From a virus (taxonomy: Duplodnaviria > Caudoviricetes): DNA of 32,973 nucleotides. Positions 24,375 to 32,973 of the stretch are shown piece after piece. How positions within the stretch are numbered: the stretch's first letter is position 1; each line of letters starts with the position of its first letter. The stretch spans positions 1-32,973 of IMG/VR virus record IMGVR_UViG_3300035200_000200; one strand, written 5' to 3'. Position numbers and translations under genes: made by a program. The notes below the pieces were generated by a model. That model did not search any database. It was not told where the DNA came from and saw only the letters and a program-made list of their open reading frames with translations.

Positions 24375-26780
24375 GTGGCCGGGACCGAGGTCGGCACGCT
24401 GGAGGCGCGGGTCACCGTCGACACCGGCGACGTCGCCGGCGCTATCACGAAGGCCGGCGCCGAGGCCGCGCGGGACGTCGAGGACGCCCTCGGTGCGGCA
24501 GGCCGTGCCGGTGGCCGGGAGGGTGGCCGCGGTGTCGAGTCCGCCCTCACCGGTGCAGCGCGTAAGGCCGCCGACAAATTGGAGGCCGCCCTACGGGGCG
24601 CGGGTAAAGATGGTGGGCACGACGCCGCCGCCGAGGTCGAAAAGTCGTTCGCCGGGATCACGGGTAGCATCGGCAAGAAACTGGGCGGTGCCCTCGCCGT
24701 CGGCGGTATTACGGCCGGACTCAAGTCGGCAAGCGACGCCGCCGCCGACTACGGCGAGACCGTGTCGAAGATCGGTGTCGTGTTCGGGCCGGCCGCCGCT
24801 GCGGTGCAGGGGTTCGCCGACACCGCCGGCGCGTCGTTCGGCCTGAGCAAGCAGGCCGCCCTCGACGCCGCGGCGACGTTCGGCACGTTCGGAAAGTCGG
24901 CCGGGTTGTCCGGCGCCGACCTCGCCGGATTCTCTACCGAATTGGCCGGCCTCGCCGGCGATATGGCGTCGTTCAGTAACACCAGCCCCGAGCAGGCTAT
25001 TGACGCTATCGGTGCTGCGCTGCGCGGCGAGTCCGAACCGATCCGGGCCTATGGTGTCCTCCTCGACGAGGCGACCCTATCGAACCGTGCCCTGGAAATG
25101 GGCCTCATCAAAACGACAAAAGGCGCCTTGACGCCGCAGCAAAAGGTGCTAGCGGCGCACGCCGAAATCCTCGCCCAGACCGGAATGGCACAAGGCGACT
25201 ATGCGCGCACGTCCGATTCGGTGAGTAATAGTCAGAAAACACTCAAGAATGAAATAGCCGACCTGAAGGTGACGCTCGGCGCCGAATTGGAACCGGCCAC
25301 GCGCGGCATCATTCAGGTGATGTCGACTTTGGCGCAGACTCTCGGCCCCGTCCTCGGCGCGGCATTCTCGGTGCTGGCCCCCGTCGTCGCCGGTCTGTCC
25401 GCTGCACTCACCGGGATGATCGGTGTCGTGTCGGCGCACGGGCCGGCGTTCGCCGCCCTCGCCGGGTTCGTGGGCCTTGTCGCCATAGAAATGAACCGGA
25501 CGAAGATCGCGACGGCCGCCGCTAACCTCGTCATCAAGGCCGGCGCGGTCGCCGCGAATATTGCGAAGGTGGCAACCGCCGCCTGGACCGTGGCGCAGCG
25601 GATTTTTAACGCGGTAATGTCGGCTAACCCGCTCGGTATCGTTATCAAATTGGTCGGCCTGTTCGCCGCCGCCATTGTTTACGCCTGGAACAAGACCGGG
25701 TCGTTCGGTGCCGCCATGAAGGTCATTTGGGACGGCATCAAGAATGTCGTGACAATTGCCGCTAACGCGGTGCTGGCCGTCGTGCGGTTCGTGTGGGACG
25801 CTATCAGCGCAATTACGTCCATCGTCTGGGGGATTATTAGCGGCATCGTGTCGGGGGTGTGGGACGCTATTCTTTTCGCGGTGCAGACCGTCGGCGCCGT
25901 TATTGTCGGCGTCGTCACCGGGCTATGGAATATGATTAGCGCCGTGACCTCGGCGGTGTGGAATGTCATTGTGGGAATCGTGTCCGGGGTGTGGAACGCC
26001 ATTGTTGCGGTGGTGCAGGCCGTCGGCGCCGTCCTCGTCGGGGTGGTAACGACGTACTTTAACGCCGTCAAGGCCGTCGTGTCGTCGGTGATGAATGCCG
26101 TCAAGGCCGTCGTGTCGACGGTGTGGAACGGTATTCGCGCCGTATTCACGACCGCGCTGAACGCTATTCGCTCGGTGGTGTCGTCGGTATTTAACTCCAT
26201 TAAGTCGATTATTACCGGCGTAATGAACACGATTAAGTCCGTCATCACCGGGGCCATTAATGCCGTGTTGGCCGTGTTCCGCACCATTAGTAATATCGTG
26301 GGAATCGTGAGGGGCGCATTTAACGACGCCCTGGCCACGGTGCGCGGTTTCATTTCCGACTTCACCCAGGCCGGCCGCGATATCATCGGCGGCGTGCTGA
26401 ACGGCATTTCGTCAATGGTGGACCGGGTTGTCGGCGCCGCGCGGGATATGGCGCACCGCGCCGTCCAGGCCGTCAAGGACATTTTTACTATCGGGTCACC
26501 GTCGCGCGTCATGATGACGATCGGGCAGCAGGTGGTGCAGGGCTTGACTATCGGTGTCGACGACAACGCGCCGCGCGCGGTCGCCTCGGCCGGTGCCCTC
26601 GCCTCGGGGGTGGTGGCTGCTGCGACACCGCCGAGGATGCCGGCCGCGTCGGCCGGGGTGGGTCTGCCCCTATCGGTGCGGGTGTACCTCGGTGACCGCG
26701 AATTGTCCGACCTGGTGCGCGTCGAGGTTGCCCGGGCCGAGGCCGACACCGCCGGCGCCGTGTTCGCCGGGGTGGTGTGA
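24375..26780 (+). CDS. tape measure protein
   Basis: 801 aa, Ala/Gly-rich, ANPLGIVI, periodic W/F repeats, IGSPSRVM C-terminal motif. Confidence 0.95.
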   Translation: MAGTEVGTLEARVTVDTGDVAGAITKAGAEAARDVEDALGAAGRAGGREGGRGVESALTGAARKAADKLEAALRGAGKDGGHDAAAEVEKSFAGITGSIGKKLGGALAVGGITAGLKSASDAAADYGETVSKIGVVFGPAAAAVQGFADTAGASFGLSKQAALDAAATFGTFGKSAGLSGADLAGFSTELAGLAGDMASFSNTSPEQAIDAIGAALRGESEPIRAYGVLLDEATLSNRALEMGLIKTTKGALTPQQKVLAAHAEILAQTGMAQGDYARTSDSVSNSQKTLKNEIADLKVTLGAELEPATRGIIQVMSTLAQTLGPVLGAAFSVLAPVVAGLSAALTGMIGVVSAHGPAFAALAGFVGLVAIEMNRTKIATAAANLVIKAGAVAANIAKVATAAWTVAQRIFNAVMSANPLGIVIKLVGLFAAAIVYAWNKTGSFGAAMKVIWDGIKNVVTIAANAVLAVVRFVWDAISAITSIVWGIISGIVSGVWDAILFAVQTVGAVIVGVVTGLWNMISAVTSAVWNVIVGIVSGVWNAIVAVVQAVGAVLVGVVTTYFNAVKAVVSSVMNAVKAVVSTVWNGIRAVFTTALNAIRSVVSSVFNSIKSIITGVMNTIKSVITGAINAVLAVFRTISNIVGIVRGAFNDALATVRGFISDFTQAGRDIIGGVLNGISSMVDRVVGAARDMAHRAVQAVKDIFTIGSPSRVMMTIGQQVVQGLTIGVDDNAPRAVASAGALASGVVAAATPPRMPAASAGVGLPLSVRVYLGDRELSDLVRVEVARAEADTAGAVFAGVV

Positions 26781-27001
26781 CCGTGGCCGCCGACACCGAG
26801 GCCGACGCCGCGCTGGTGCCGGCACGGGCCGCCGCCGCCGCAGCGGCGTGGGCGCAGGCCGCGCGCATGGCCCGGACGGCCGCCTACGGTGACCCGCCCG
26901 AGGCCGACGCGCTGCGCCGCCTCGCCGACCAATTCGACCGCCTCGCCGTCGTCCTCGCACGGCACGCCGCCGCGCGGCGCACCGTCGGGGGGCCTCGGTG
27001 A
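26777..27001 (+). CDS. small Ala-rich hypothetical protein
   Basis: GTGA-coupled to the tape measure gene and to the next ORF. Confidence 0.5.
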   Translation: MTVAADTEADAALVPARAAAAAAAWAQAARMARTAAYGDPPEADALRRLADQFDRLAVVLARHAAARRTVGGPR

Positions 27002-27228
27002 CGGGGGGCGGGGTGTCGGCGTCGTCGGTGCGCCGCGCCGCGACGTCGGCCGCCTATGCGCACGCCGCAGCGGTCGCCGAGGACACCGCGCGGGGCCTCG
27101 CCGCGTCGTCGGCCGAGGCGGTCGCCGTGGCCGCCGTGGCCGGCCGCCTGCGCCGCCTCGCCGTCCTCACCGCCCAGGGCCACACCGCCGAGGGGTACGC
27201 TGCGCCACGGGAGGCCGACGATGCCTGA
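26998..27228 (+). CDS. small Ala-rich hypothetical protein
   Basis: GTGA-coupled; overlaps the next ATG. Confidence 0.45.
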   Translation: MTGGGVSASSVRRAATSAAYAHAAAVAEDTARGLAASSAEAVAVAAVAGRLRRLAVLTAQGHTAEGYAAPREADDA

Positions 27229-28027
27229 CACCCTCACCGCCTCGGGCCGCTACGAAGGCGCCGACGTCGACCGTATCCGCGTCGCTGCGACTTTTGTGCC
27301 GGCCGACGGGGTGACGCCGCCGTCGTCGTGGGCCGTCGAACGCCTCGCACCGACCCGCCGGCCGGTGCGCGGGTTCGCCGCGCCGGCCGGTGCCCTATCG
27401 GTGACCGCCGACGACTGGGAGGTCACGCCGGGGCCGAACCGCTACCTGGTCACGGTGCAGCCGGCCGACCCCGCCGCGCCGCCGGTGTCGACGGTTGTGA
27501 CGGTGACGGTGCCGGACGTCACCGACCGCCCCGACTGGCTGAAGAATCCGGCGAGGCCGCCGCAATCTATGCCGGTGCACGTCGAATACGTGAGTGACAC
27601 GAAACGGGCCGCCGTTGTCGACCTCGCCTATCCGGTGAATGCCGCCTATCCGGTGACGGCTATCGGCACGCGGCAGGGCGCAACTTTTACCCTCGGCCTG
27701 TTCACCCTGGACGCCGACGAAAGGGCCGCCCTCGTCGCATTGTTGGACGCGCCGAACCCGTTGTTGTTCACCGCGCCGACGCTGCGCCTCCCGGCCGGGG
27801 CGGTGTGGCTTGTCGCCGGCACCGTCACTGAGGCGCGGCTGGGCCGCTACGCCGGCACCCCCGAACGCCGGTTCACCGTCGAATGCACCGAGGTTGCCCC
27901 GCCGGACGACCTGGAGGTAGTCGGGGGTCGCGGCATCACCTGGCAGACCGTCGCCGACAATCACCCGACGTGGGCCGACGTCCTCGCGACCCGCGTGTCA
28001 TGGCTTGACGTCCTGGAGCGGGGGTGA
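27221..28027 (+). CDS. minor tail protein (distal-tail-like)
   Basis: GGAGG RBS; WLKNP..P, post-TMP position, TWQTV....TW.DV C-terminal motif. Confidence 0.7.
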   Translation: MPDTLTASGRYEGADVDRIRVAATFVPADGVTPPSSWAVERLAPTRRPVRGFAAPAGALSVTADDWEVTPGPNRYLVTVQPADPAAPPVSTVVTVTVPDVTDRPDWLKNPARPPQSMPVHVEYVSDTKRAAVVDLAYPVNAAYPVTAIGTRQGATFTLGLFTLDADERAALVALLDAPNPLLFTAPTLRLPAGAVWLVAGTVTEARLGRYAGTPERRFTVECTEVAPPDDLEVVGGRGITWQTVADNHPTWADVLATRVSWLDVLERG

Positions 28028-28030
28028 CCG

Positions 28031-29146
28031 GTGCGCACCCTCGTCGGTGACGACCCCGACCCGCAGCGGTTCGCCCGTGCTATCGGCGGCGTGTTCCAGC
28101 CGTGGGTGGTGGCGCATATGTCGGCCGGCCCTGGCCTGCCGTGGGTCGACGCCCCGCCGATTCTCTCCGGGTCGGTGACTTTCGACCGGGGCGCCGAGGT
28201 GTACGCCTCGGGTAAGGTTTCGTTCGGCGTGCGGTGGGCCGATGCGCCGCCGCCGCTTATGCCGTGGGGCGGTCGCCTGCGGCTGTCGGCCGGGGTGCGC
28301 TATCCGTCCGGGGCGGTCGCCGTCGCCCCGCTCGGCACCTATGTCGTGTGGGAGACCGCCGAGGCGGGGCCGCGCCGCCTGGACCTCACCGTGTGCGACG
28401 AGGCCGCCCTGCTACGGGAGGACCGGCTGGAATCGCCCCGGACGTATCGGCGGGGCACCGACGCTCAAGCGGTCGCCGAGGCCCTCGCCGGCGAGTCGGT
28501 GCGTGGCGCCGTCGTGACGTCGGACGTCCCCCTAGGCCGCCTCGCCGCCGACCTGCTCGTCGAGTCCGACCGCCTCGCCGCGCTGCGCACCCTCGGCGAG
28601 GCCGTCGGCGCCTGGGGGGCATTCGTGTCCGGGGGGCGGTGGCACTACCGCGCCGACCCCACCGAGGCCACCCCCGCCGTCGCCGTCCTCGACGCCGGCC
28701 GGGGTGCCGTGTCGGTGGCCCGTACCGCGTCCCGTGACGGGGTGCGTAACGTCATCGTGGCCCGGGGCGAGAATACCGAGGCCGAGGCGCCGAGCGTGCA
28801 GGGTCGCGCCGCCGACGGTGACCCCGCATCGGCGACGTGGGTCGCCGGCCCTTTCGGCCGTGCCGTCGACTTCTACTCGTCGCCGCTACTCACGACCCCG
28901 ACCGCCGCCGCCGCTGCAGCGCGTACCGTCCTGGCACGCCGCCGCGCGCGTGTCCTCGGCGTCACCGTCGGGGCACGGTGGAACCCGGTTCTCGAGCCGG
29001 GGGACATTGTGACCGTCGTCCCCGACGGTGGGGCGCCGCTGCGCCGAGTCATCACGAAAGCCGAGGTACCGCTAACCGTGTCCGCAACAATGGGCCTCAC
29101 GGTCGCCGTGCCCGGCCATACCGGCGAGGAGCCGCAGGATGCCTAG
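28031..29146 (+). CDS. minor tail / baseplate hub protein
   Basis: GSVTFD, PWGGRL, SRDGVRN.IVARGE, GPFGR...FYSSPLL, NPVLEPGD motifs. Confidence 0.8.
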   Translation: MRTLVGDDPDPQRFARAIGGVFQPWVVAHMSAGPGLPWVDAPPILSGSVTFDRGAEVYASGKVSFGVRWADAPPPLMPWGGRLRLSAGVRYPSGAVAVAPLGTYVVWETAEAGPRRLDLTVCDEAALLREDRLESPRTYRRGTDAQAVAEALAGESVRGAVVTSDVPLGRLAADLLVESDRLAALRTLGEAVGAWGAFVSGGRWHYRADPTEATPAVAVLDAGRGAVSVARTASRDGVRNVIVARGENTEAEAPSVQGRAADGDPASATWVAGPFGRAVDFYSSPLLTTPTAAAAAARTVLARRRARVLGVTVGARWNPVLEPGDIVTVVPDGGAPLRRVITKAEVPLTVSATMGLTVAVPGHTGEEPQDA

Positions 29147-29600
29147 CCTCGGCGAGTCGGTGGCGCGTGCGGTCGCGCAGCGGCCCGCCCTCGACCTGGT
29201 GCCCGCCGTCGTGTCGTCGGCCGACCCGCTGGAGGTCGACCTACGGGGCGGTACCGTCGCCGCCCTCACCGTCGACCGCCGGCCCGCCTGGACCGTCGGC
29301 GACCGGGTGTGGGTCGTCCTCGGCGGGGGGCGCGCCCTCGTCATCGGCGGTGTGGCCGAACCCGTCGCACCGGCGCCGGCACCGCCGCCGGCCCCCGACC
29401 TCGACGCCGCCCCCGAGGCGGTGCAGGACGCGCCTACGACGGCCGCCGACGCCGCCCCCGAGGCGGTGCAGGAAGCGCCTACGACGGCCGCCGACGCCGC
29501 CCCCGACCCCGACACCCCCACCCCCACCGCCGAGGCGCCTACGGCCGCCGAGGCGCCGCCTACGGCCGCCGACGCGCCGACGCTATCCGCTGGAGGATGA
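29139..29600 (+). CDS. minor tail protein with Pro/Ala/Thr repeat tail
   Basis: VGDRVWV......LVIG OB-like N-terminus; low-complexity tail. Confidence 0.6.
   Translation: MPSLGESVARAVAQRPALDLVPAVVSSADPLEVDLRGGTVAALTVDRRPAWTVGDRVWVVLGGGRALVIGGVAEPVAPAPAPPPAPDLDAAPEAVQDAPTTAADAAPEAVQEAPTTAADAAPDPDTPTPTAEAPTAAEAPPTAADAPTLSAGG
29403..29506 (+). repeat. 45-bp (15-aa DAAPEAVQ.APTTAA) tandem repeat, about 2.3 copies
   Basis: Units start at 29403, 29448 and 29493. Confidence 0.9.
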
Positions 29601-29601
29601 C

Positions 29602-30120
29602 ATGGGCACGACACCCGCCTACGCGCTGCGGTTCCCCGAGACCGGTGACCCGCCTAACGGGCCGGCCGACCTCGCCACCCTCGCCGGTGACGTCGACGCC
29701 GCCCTAGCGGTCGCCCGAGACCAGGCCCTCGCCGGTGTCGTCGGCGTACCCGTGCCGCACACCGGGTGGGCATGGCTTGAGACTCACGGGGGCACCGGCA
29801 CCGCCGTCCGGCACGGCGACGTCGTCACCGTCGCCGGCCTCCTGCGCCGCACCGGTGCCCCCGCGGTACTGAACACGGGCTACTTTCCCGCAATCACTCT
29901 CCCGTGGCAGGGGCACCGCGTCATCGGGCAATCCGGCATCCAGTGGTCCAGCGCCGGCCCGGTTCGGTGGTTCATCACCGAGGGGCAACCAGACCTGGGC
30001 ATTATGTCGGGCACGGCCGGAACAATGACCATTCCCACGGGGGGTCAATTGTCGGTATGCGTCACCTATTTGACGGGGGCGCCTGGCATCCCGGAAAACG
30101 TCCCCGACGTACCCGCCTAA
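29602..30120 (+). CDS. tail fibre / receptor-binding-like protein
   Basis: GGAGG RBS; MGTT....LRFP...DPPNGP.DL..LA.DVDAAL N-terminal motif of actinophage tail proteins. Confidence 0.65.
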   Translation: MGTTPAYALRFPETGDPPNGPADLATLAGDVDAALAVARDQALAGVVGVPVPHTGWAWLETHGGTGTAVRHGDVVTVAGLLRRTGAPAVLNTGYFPAITLPWQGHRVIGQSGIQWSSAGPVRWFITEGQPDLGIMSGTAGTMTIPTGGQLSVCVTYLTGAPGIPENVPDVPA

Positions 30121-30142
30121 CCGGGGCGGGGGGTGCAGCGGG

Positions 30143-30430
30143 GTGGCACTATCCGTCGCCGAATTGGCCGGCATCGTCCTATGCCTGACTGTCGTCGTCG
30201 CGGCCCTCGGCATAGCGTCCCGCCGGCAACCGCCGACCCTCGTCGTCACCGCCACGGCCCTCGTCACCCTCGCCCTGATCGCGGCGTGGGTGGCCGCCCC
30301 CGAGCGGGGCGCCGACCTCGCCCCCCTCGTCGGCACCGGCCTCGGTGCCCTCGCCGCCGGCGTCGCGAACGTGACCGGGGGCAGGCCGCCCGACCCCGGG
30401 GGCGGCCCACCCCCACCGCCGACACCCTAG
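30143..30430 (+). CDS. holin-like membrane protein
   Basis: 95 aa with 2-3 hydrophobic segments, at the end of the tail operon. Confidence 0.55.
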   Translation: MALSVAELAGIVLCLTVVVAALGIASRRQPPTLVVTATALVTLALIAAWVAAPERGADLAPLVGTGLGALAAGVANVTGGRPPDPGGGPPPPPTP

Positions 30431-30636
30431 GGGGTAGGGCCTCGGCGGCAACCCCGGCACACCGGCCGGGGGCGCCGCTGCGGCCTCCCCGCCCGGGATA
30501 CCGTGCGCGCCTCACCGACCGCCCCGCAGCGCCGCCGCCGGCCTCGGGGGAGGGGCCGGCGCCGACCTCGGCGAGGGTACCGGGGGGCATCGGCCCCCCA
30601 CTCACCTAAGGGACCGATAGGCGGTACACTAGCACC

Positions 30637-30860
30637 GACCCGCCGCCCCGAACGCGGCGGGGGTGGCCTCGAGGCCCGCCCCGCCGTAGCCCGCGGGGCG
30701 CCGGGTGCGACCCCCGGACCCGGGTGTCACCGCGAGTCCCACCCGGGGCGCCGCCGCCGCGGCCCGGGCCGGTCGCCCCTCGTGCCAGGGGGCCGACCGG
30801 TCCGGGCCGCACCAAACACGCCGCTGCGACCCCCCGAGGTTGTCGGGGGGCCGCATCACC
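30637..30860 (+). ncRNA. candidate structured non-coding RNA
   Basis: GCGG-TACACT -10 at 30625-30630 followed by about 5 consecutive hairpins; no credible ORF. Confidence 0.35.
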
Positions 30861-30882
30861 GGCAACCGTACCGCACCCCGGC

Positions 30883-32118
30883 CTAGGTTGCGAACGACCG
30901 CGCCGCCGTCGGCCGGCGTGCGGTGTGCAGCGCCGTCAAAGCCCACACCGCAGCGTCCAGCCGGTCCGGGGACGACCCCGCCCCCGGCACCCACTCGACG
31001 AGTTGCGACTCAAGCCGGCCGAGGCCGTCACGCGCGTGCCACACCCGGCCCTGTTCGTACAAGGCGACGACCGGCTCGGCTCGGGTGACTTTGCCGCGGG
31101 TTGCGTGCACGAGCCGTAGCCGACCCTCCCACCCCGCTGCGCGCAGCACCGCCCCGACCATGTCGCCGCCCTGGTTCGCCTCGGCGACAATCGTCGCCCC
31201 CCACGCCTCGGCCACCCCCACGACAACCTCGGCCCACCCCGCCGGCGAGTAACGCCCCGACCGGTCGGCCAACACCCACAACCGGCCGTCGGTGTCACGG
31301 CCGGCGACGACAATCCCGGTTTCGTCGCTGCGCGGCCCCGCCGACACGGCCGGGTCAACACCCACGACCACCTCGGCGAGGTCGGCCGGTGGCACCCCGT
31401 GCCGCAGCATGGCCCACGACCACAAGGCGCCTTCGACGTCGGCCAACAATTCCCCGGCCAATTCCTGCCGTGCCAGCCGCGTCCCGCCGTACTGTGCCTC
31501 CAGCGCCGCCACGAAGTCCGGCGATAGGTTCGTAGCGTTCTCGCCGGTGTGCCCCCGAGTGACGACGGTGCCCGCCTCGGCGAGGGCCTCCCGGACGTGG
31601 GGCACCGGGAGCGGTGTCGTGGTCAACACGAGCCGCGGCCTCGGGCCGAGGCGCAACCCCAGCCGCGCCTGGGCGAGGGCCTCCGGCCGAGGCCACGCAG
31701 CGAACTCGTCGCCCCACGCGCGCGCGTGCTGCGGCCCCCGTAACCGCTTAGGTTTCTCCCCGGAAAACCCGCGAATATGCGACCCGTTAGCCAACACCAA
31801 AACACCGCGGGTCGCCTGGTATTGCCCCTCGGGGTCGGGAATCATTCCGTACCGATCCGCCACCGCCAAAACCCCGGAATCACCCTCGAAACACACCGAG
31901 CGGACGTCGTCGAAAGTCGGCGCGATAATCGCCGACCGCGACCCGGGGTCGCGCACCGCCTCCCACACCAGCCACTCGGCCGCCGTCCGGGTTTTGCCCC
32001 ACCCCCGCCCCGTCATCACGAGCCAGGTGCCCCACGGCCCCTCGGGGTCGCGCTGCGCGTCACGGCACGCCAGGAGCCACGCCACCCGCGCCGCCGCTAT
32101 CCGCTGCGCCGACGGCAC
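30883..32118 (-). CDS. terL: terminase large subunit (start uncertain, GTG 32118 or 32085)
   Basis: GRGWGKT Walker A, WGDE Walker B, LTTTP, VGVDPA, SPDRLDA nuclease motifs. Confidence 0.95.
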   Translation of the reverse strand: MPSAQRIAAARVAWLLACRDAQRDPEGPWGTWLVMTGRGWGKTRTAAEWLVWEAVRDPGSRSAIIAPTFDDVRSVCFEGDSGVLAVADRYGMIPDPEGQYQATRGVLVLANGSHIRGFSGEKPKRLRGPQHARAWGDEFAAWPRPEALAQARLGLRLGPRPRLVLTTTPLPVPHVREALAEAGTVVTRGHTGENATNLSPDFVAALEAQYGGTRLARQELAGELLADVEGALWSWAMLRHGVPPADLAEVVVGVDPAVSAGPRSDETGIVVAGRDTDGRLWVLADRSGRYSPAGWAEVVVGVAEAWGATIVAEANQGGDMVGAVLRAAGWEGRLRLVHATRGKVTRAEPVVALYEQGRVWHARDGLGRLESQLVEWVPGAGSSPDRLDAAVWALTALHTARRPTAARSFAT

Positions 32119-32575
32119 CGGCAGGCCCCGCCCCGACGCCCCGCGCCATACGCTCAAGCCGCGCAACCTCCCCGTCCAGCGTCGCCCCGCCGACCACCTC
32201 GGCCCGGACCTCGGTCGGCGCGTACAACCCGAAAAGTTTTGCGCGCGCGTCCATGATCCGCAGCACCGCGCCGACCGCCCGGACGTCCCCGCCCATAGCG
32301 TCGGCCCACACCGCCGCCTGCAGCGCGTCCAGCCGGTCGCCCTCCTGCGCGCGCATAAGGTCGGCCGCCTCAAAGGTCACGTCGGCTAGCGCACCGATAA
32401 CCAATTTCCGTGCGTTAGTCGCCGTAATCCCGAGGGCCTCACCGATAGCCCGGAACGACTTACCCTCGCACCGCAGCGCCGCCGCCTCGGCCCGCCGCAG
32501 CGTCGTCGACACCCTCGCCGGCGAAGTCTCTCCCCGAGGCACCGTCAACGGCGCACGCGCCGCCCGAGGCGCCAC
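32060..32575 (-). CDS. terS: terminase small subunit-like HTH protein
   Basis: R...A..LR..G.SF..I...LG HTH; RLD.L...VW..A..GD..A...L.I...RAKL.GL; upstream of terL; GGGGAGGG RBS. Confidence 0.75.
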   Translation of the reverse strand: MAPRAARAPLTVPRGETSPARVSTTLRRAEAAALRCEGKSFRAIGEALGITATNARKLVIGALADVTFEAADLMRAQEGDRLDALQAAVWADAMGGDVRAVGAVLRIMDARAKLFGLYAPTEVRAEVVGGATLDGEVARLERMARGVGAGPAGAVGAADSGGAGGVAPGVP

Positions 32576-32600
32576 ACCCTCCCCGACCGGCCCCACCCCC

Positions 32601-32837
32601 CTAGGCAACCGCCCCCACCGCCTCCCCGACCGCCTCGCCGACCGCCTCGCACGGCCTCGCACGGTACAACCCGTGCCCCGGCCGGTCGACCAGCCCACGA
32701 ACCAACAACGCCCTGCACCGCGTCGCCGCCTCGTGCGTCGACACCCCTAACGCCACCCCGAGGTCAACCGGACGCCACACCCGCCCCCTATCCGCCTCAA
32801 GTAGGGCCACAATCGCACGCGCAACACTCACCGACAT
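32601..32837 (-). CDS. small winged-helix DNA-binding protein
   Basis: DLGVALGVS..EA...C..L..RGLV.R...G.Y. Confidence 0.6.
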   Translation of the reverse strand: MSVSVARAIVALLEADRGRVWRPVDLGVALGVSTHEAATRCRALLVRGLVDRPGHGLYRARPCEAVGEAVGEAVGAVA

Positions 32838-32973
32838 GACCGCGACTGGCTGGCACAGCAACGTTCGCATCCCGGGAATCCACAAGGTTGAAAGAGGCGG
32901 CGAAAATTACACAGAAGATTCTAGTTGGACGCGCGGCGACTTGCGAATTGAACGGGATTGTGCGGTGTCTTCT

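Noticed and set aside
25730-26350. Low-GC region inside the tape measure gene as a foreign insertion
   Set aside because: Explained by Ile/Val/Asn/Trp-rich TMP repeats in an uninterrupted frame

Overview
Very GC-rich (about 75% by eye) partial genome of a long-tailed, siphovirus-like phage, probably infecting an actinobacterium. The left third (1-13.2 kb) holds accessory and DNA-metabolism genes: a RusA resolvase, an endolysin, a VUT/YhhQ-type 7-deazaguanine precursor transporter next to a DpdA/TGT-fold transglycosylase, RHH and wHTH regulators, an ERF annealase, a Cas4-like exonuclease and a D12-class adenine methyltransferase. Scattered among them are small genes, each preceded by a repeated ~104-bp expression cassette (GTG-N8-CAC box, hairpin, TANNNT -10, 5' hairpin, identical RBS). 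The morphogenesis genes run from 13.2 to 30.4 kb (portal through tail to holin). TerL, TerS and a wHTH gene lie on the opposite strand at the right end. Most notable are the cassette array, seven 26-aa tandem repeats in the methyltransferase target-recognition region, a salvage-only deazaguanine module, the apparent absence of AGCT, an adaptor-fibre fusion, a MuF-metallopeptidase fusion and a candidate structured ncRNA. No integrase, replicase, tRNA or CRISPR array was recognised. All functional calls come from motif recognition by eye, not from database searches.
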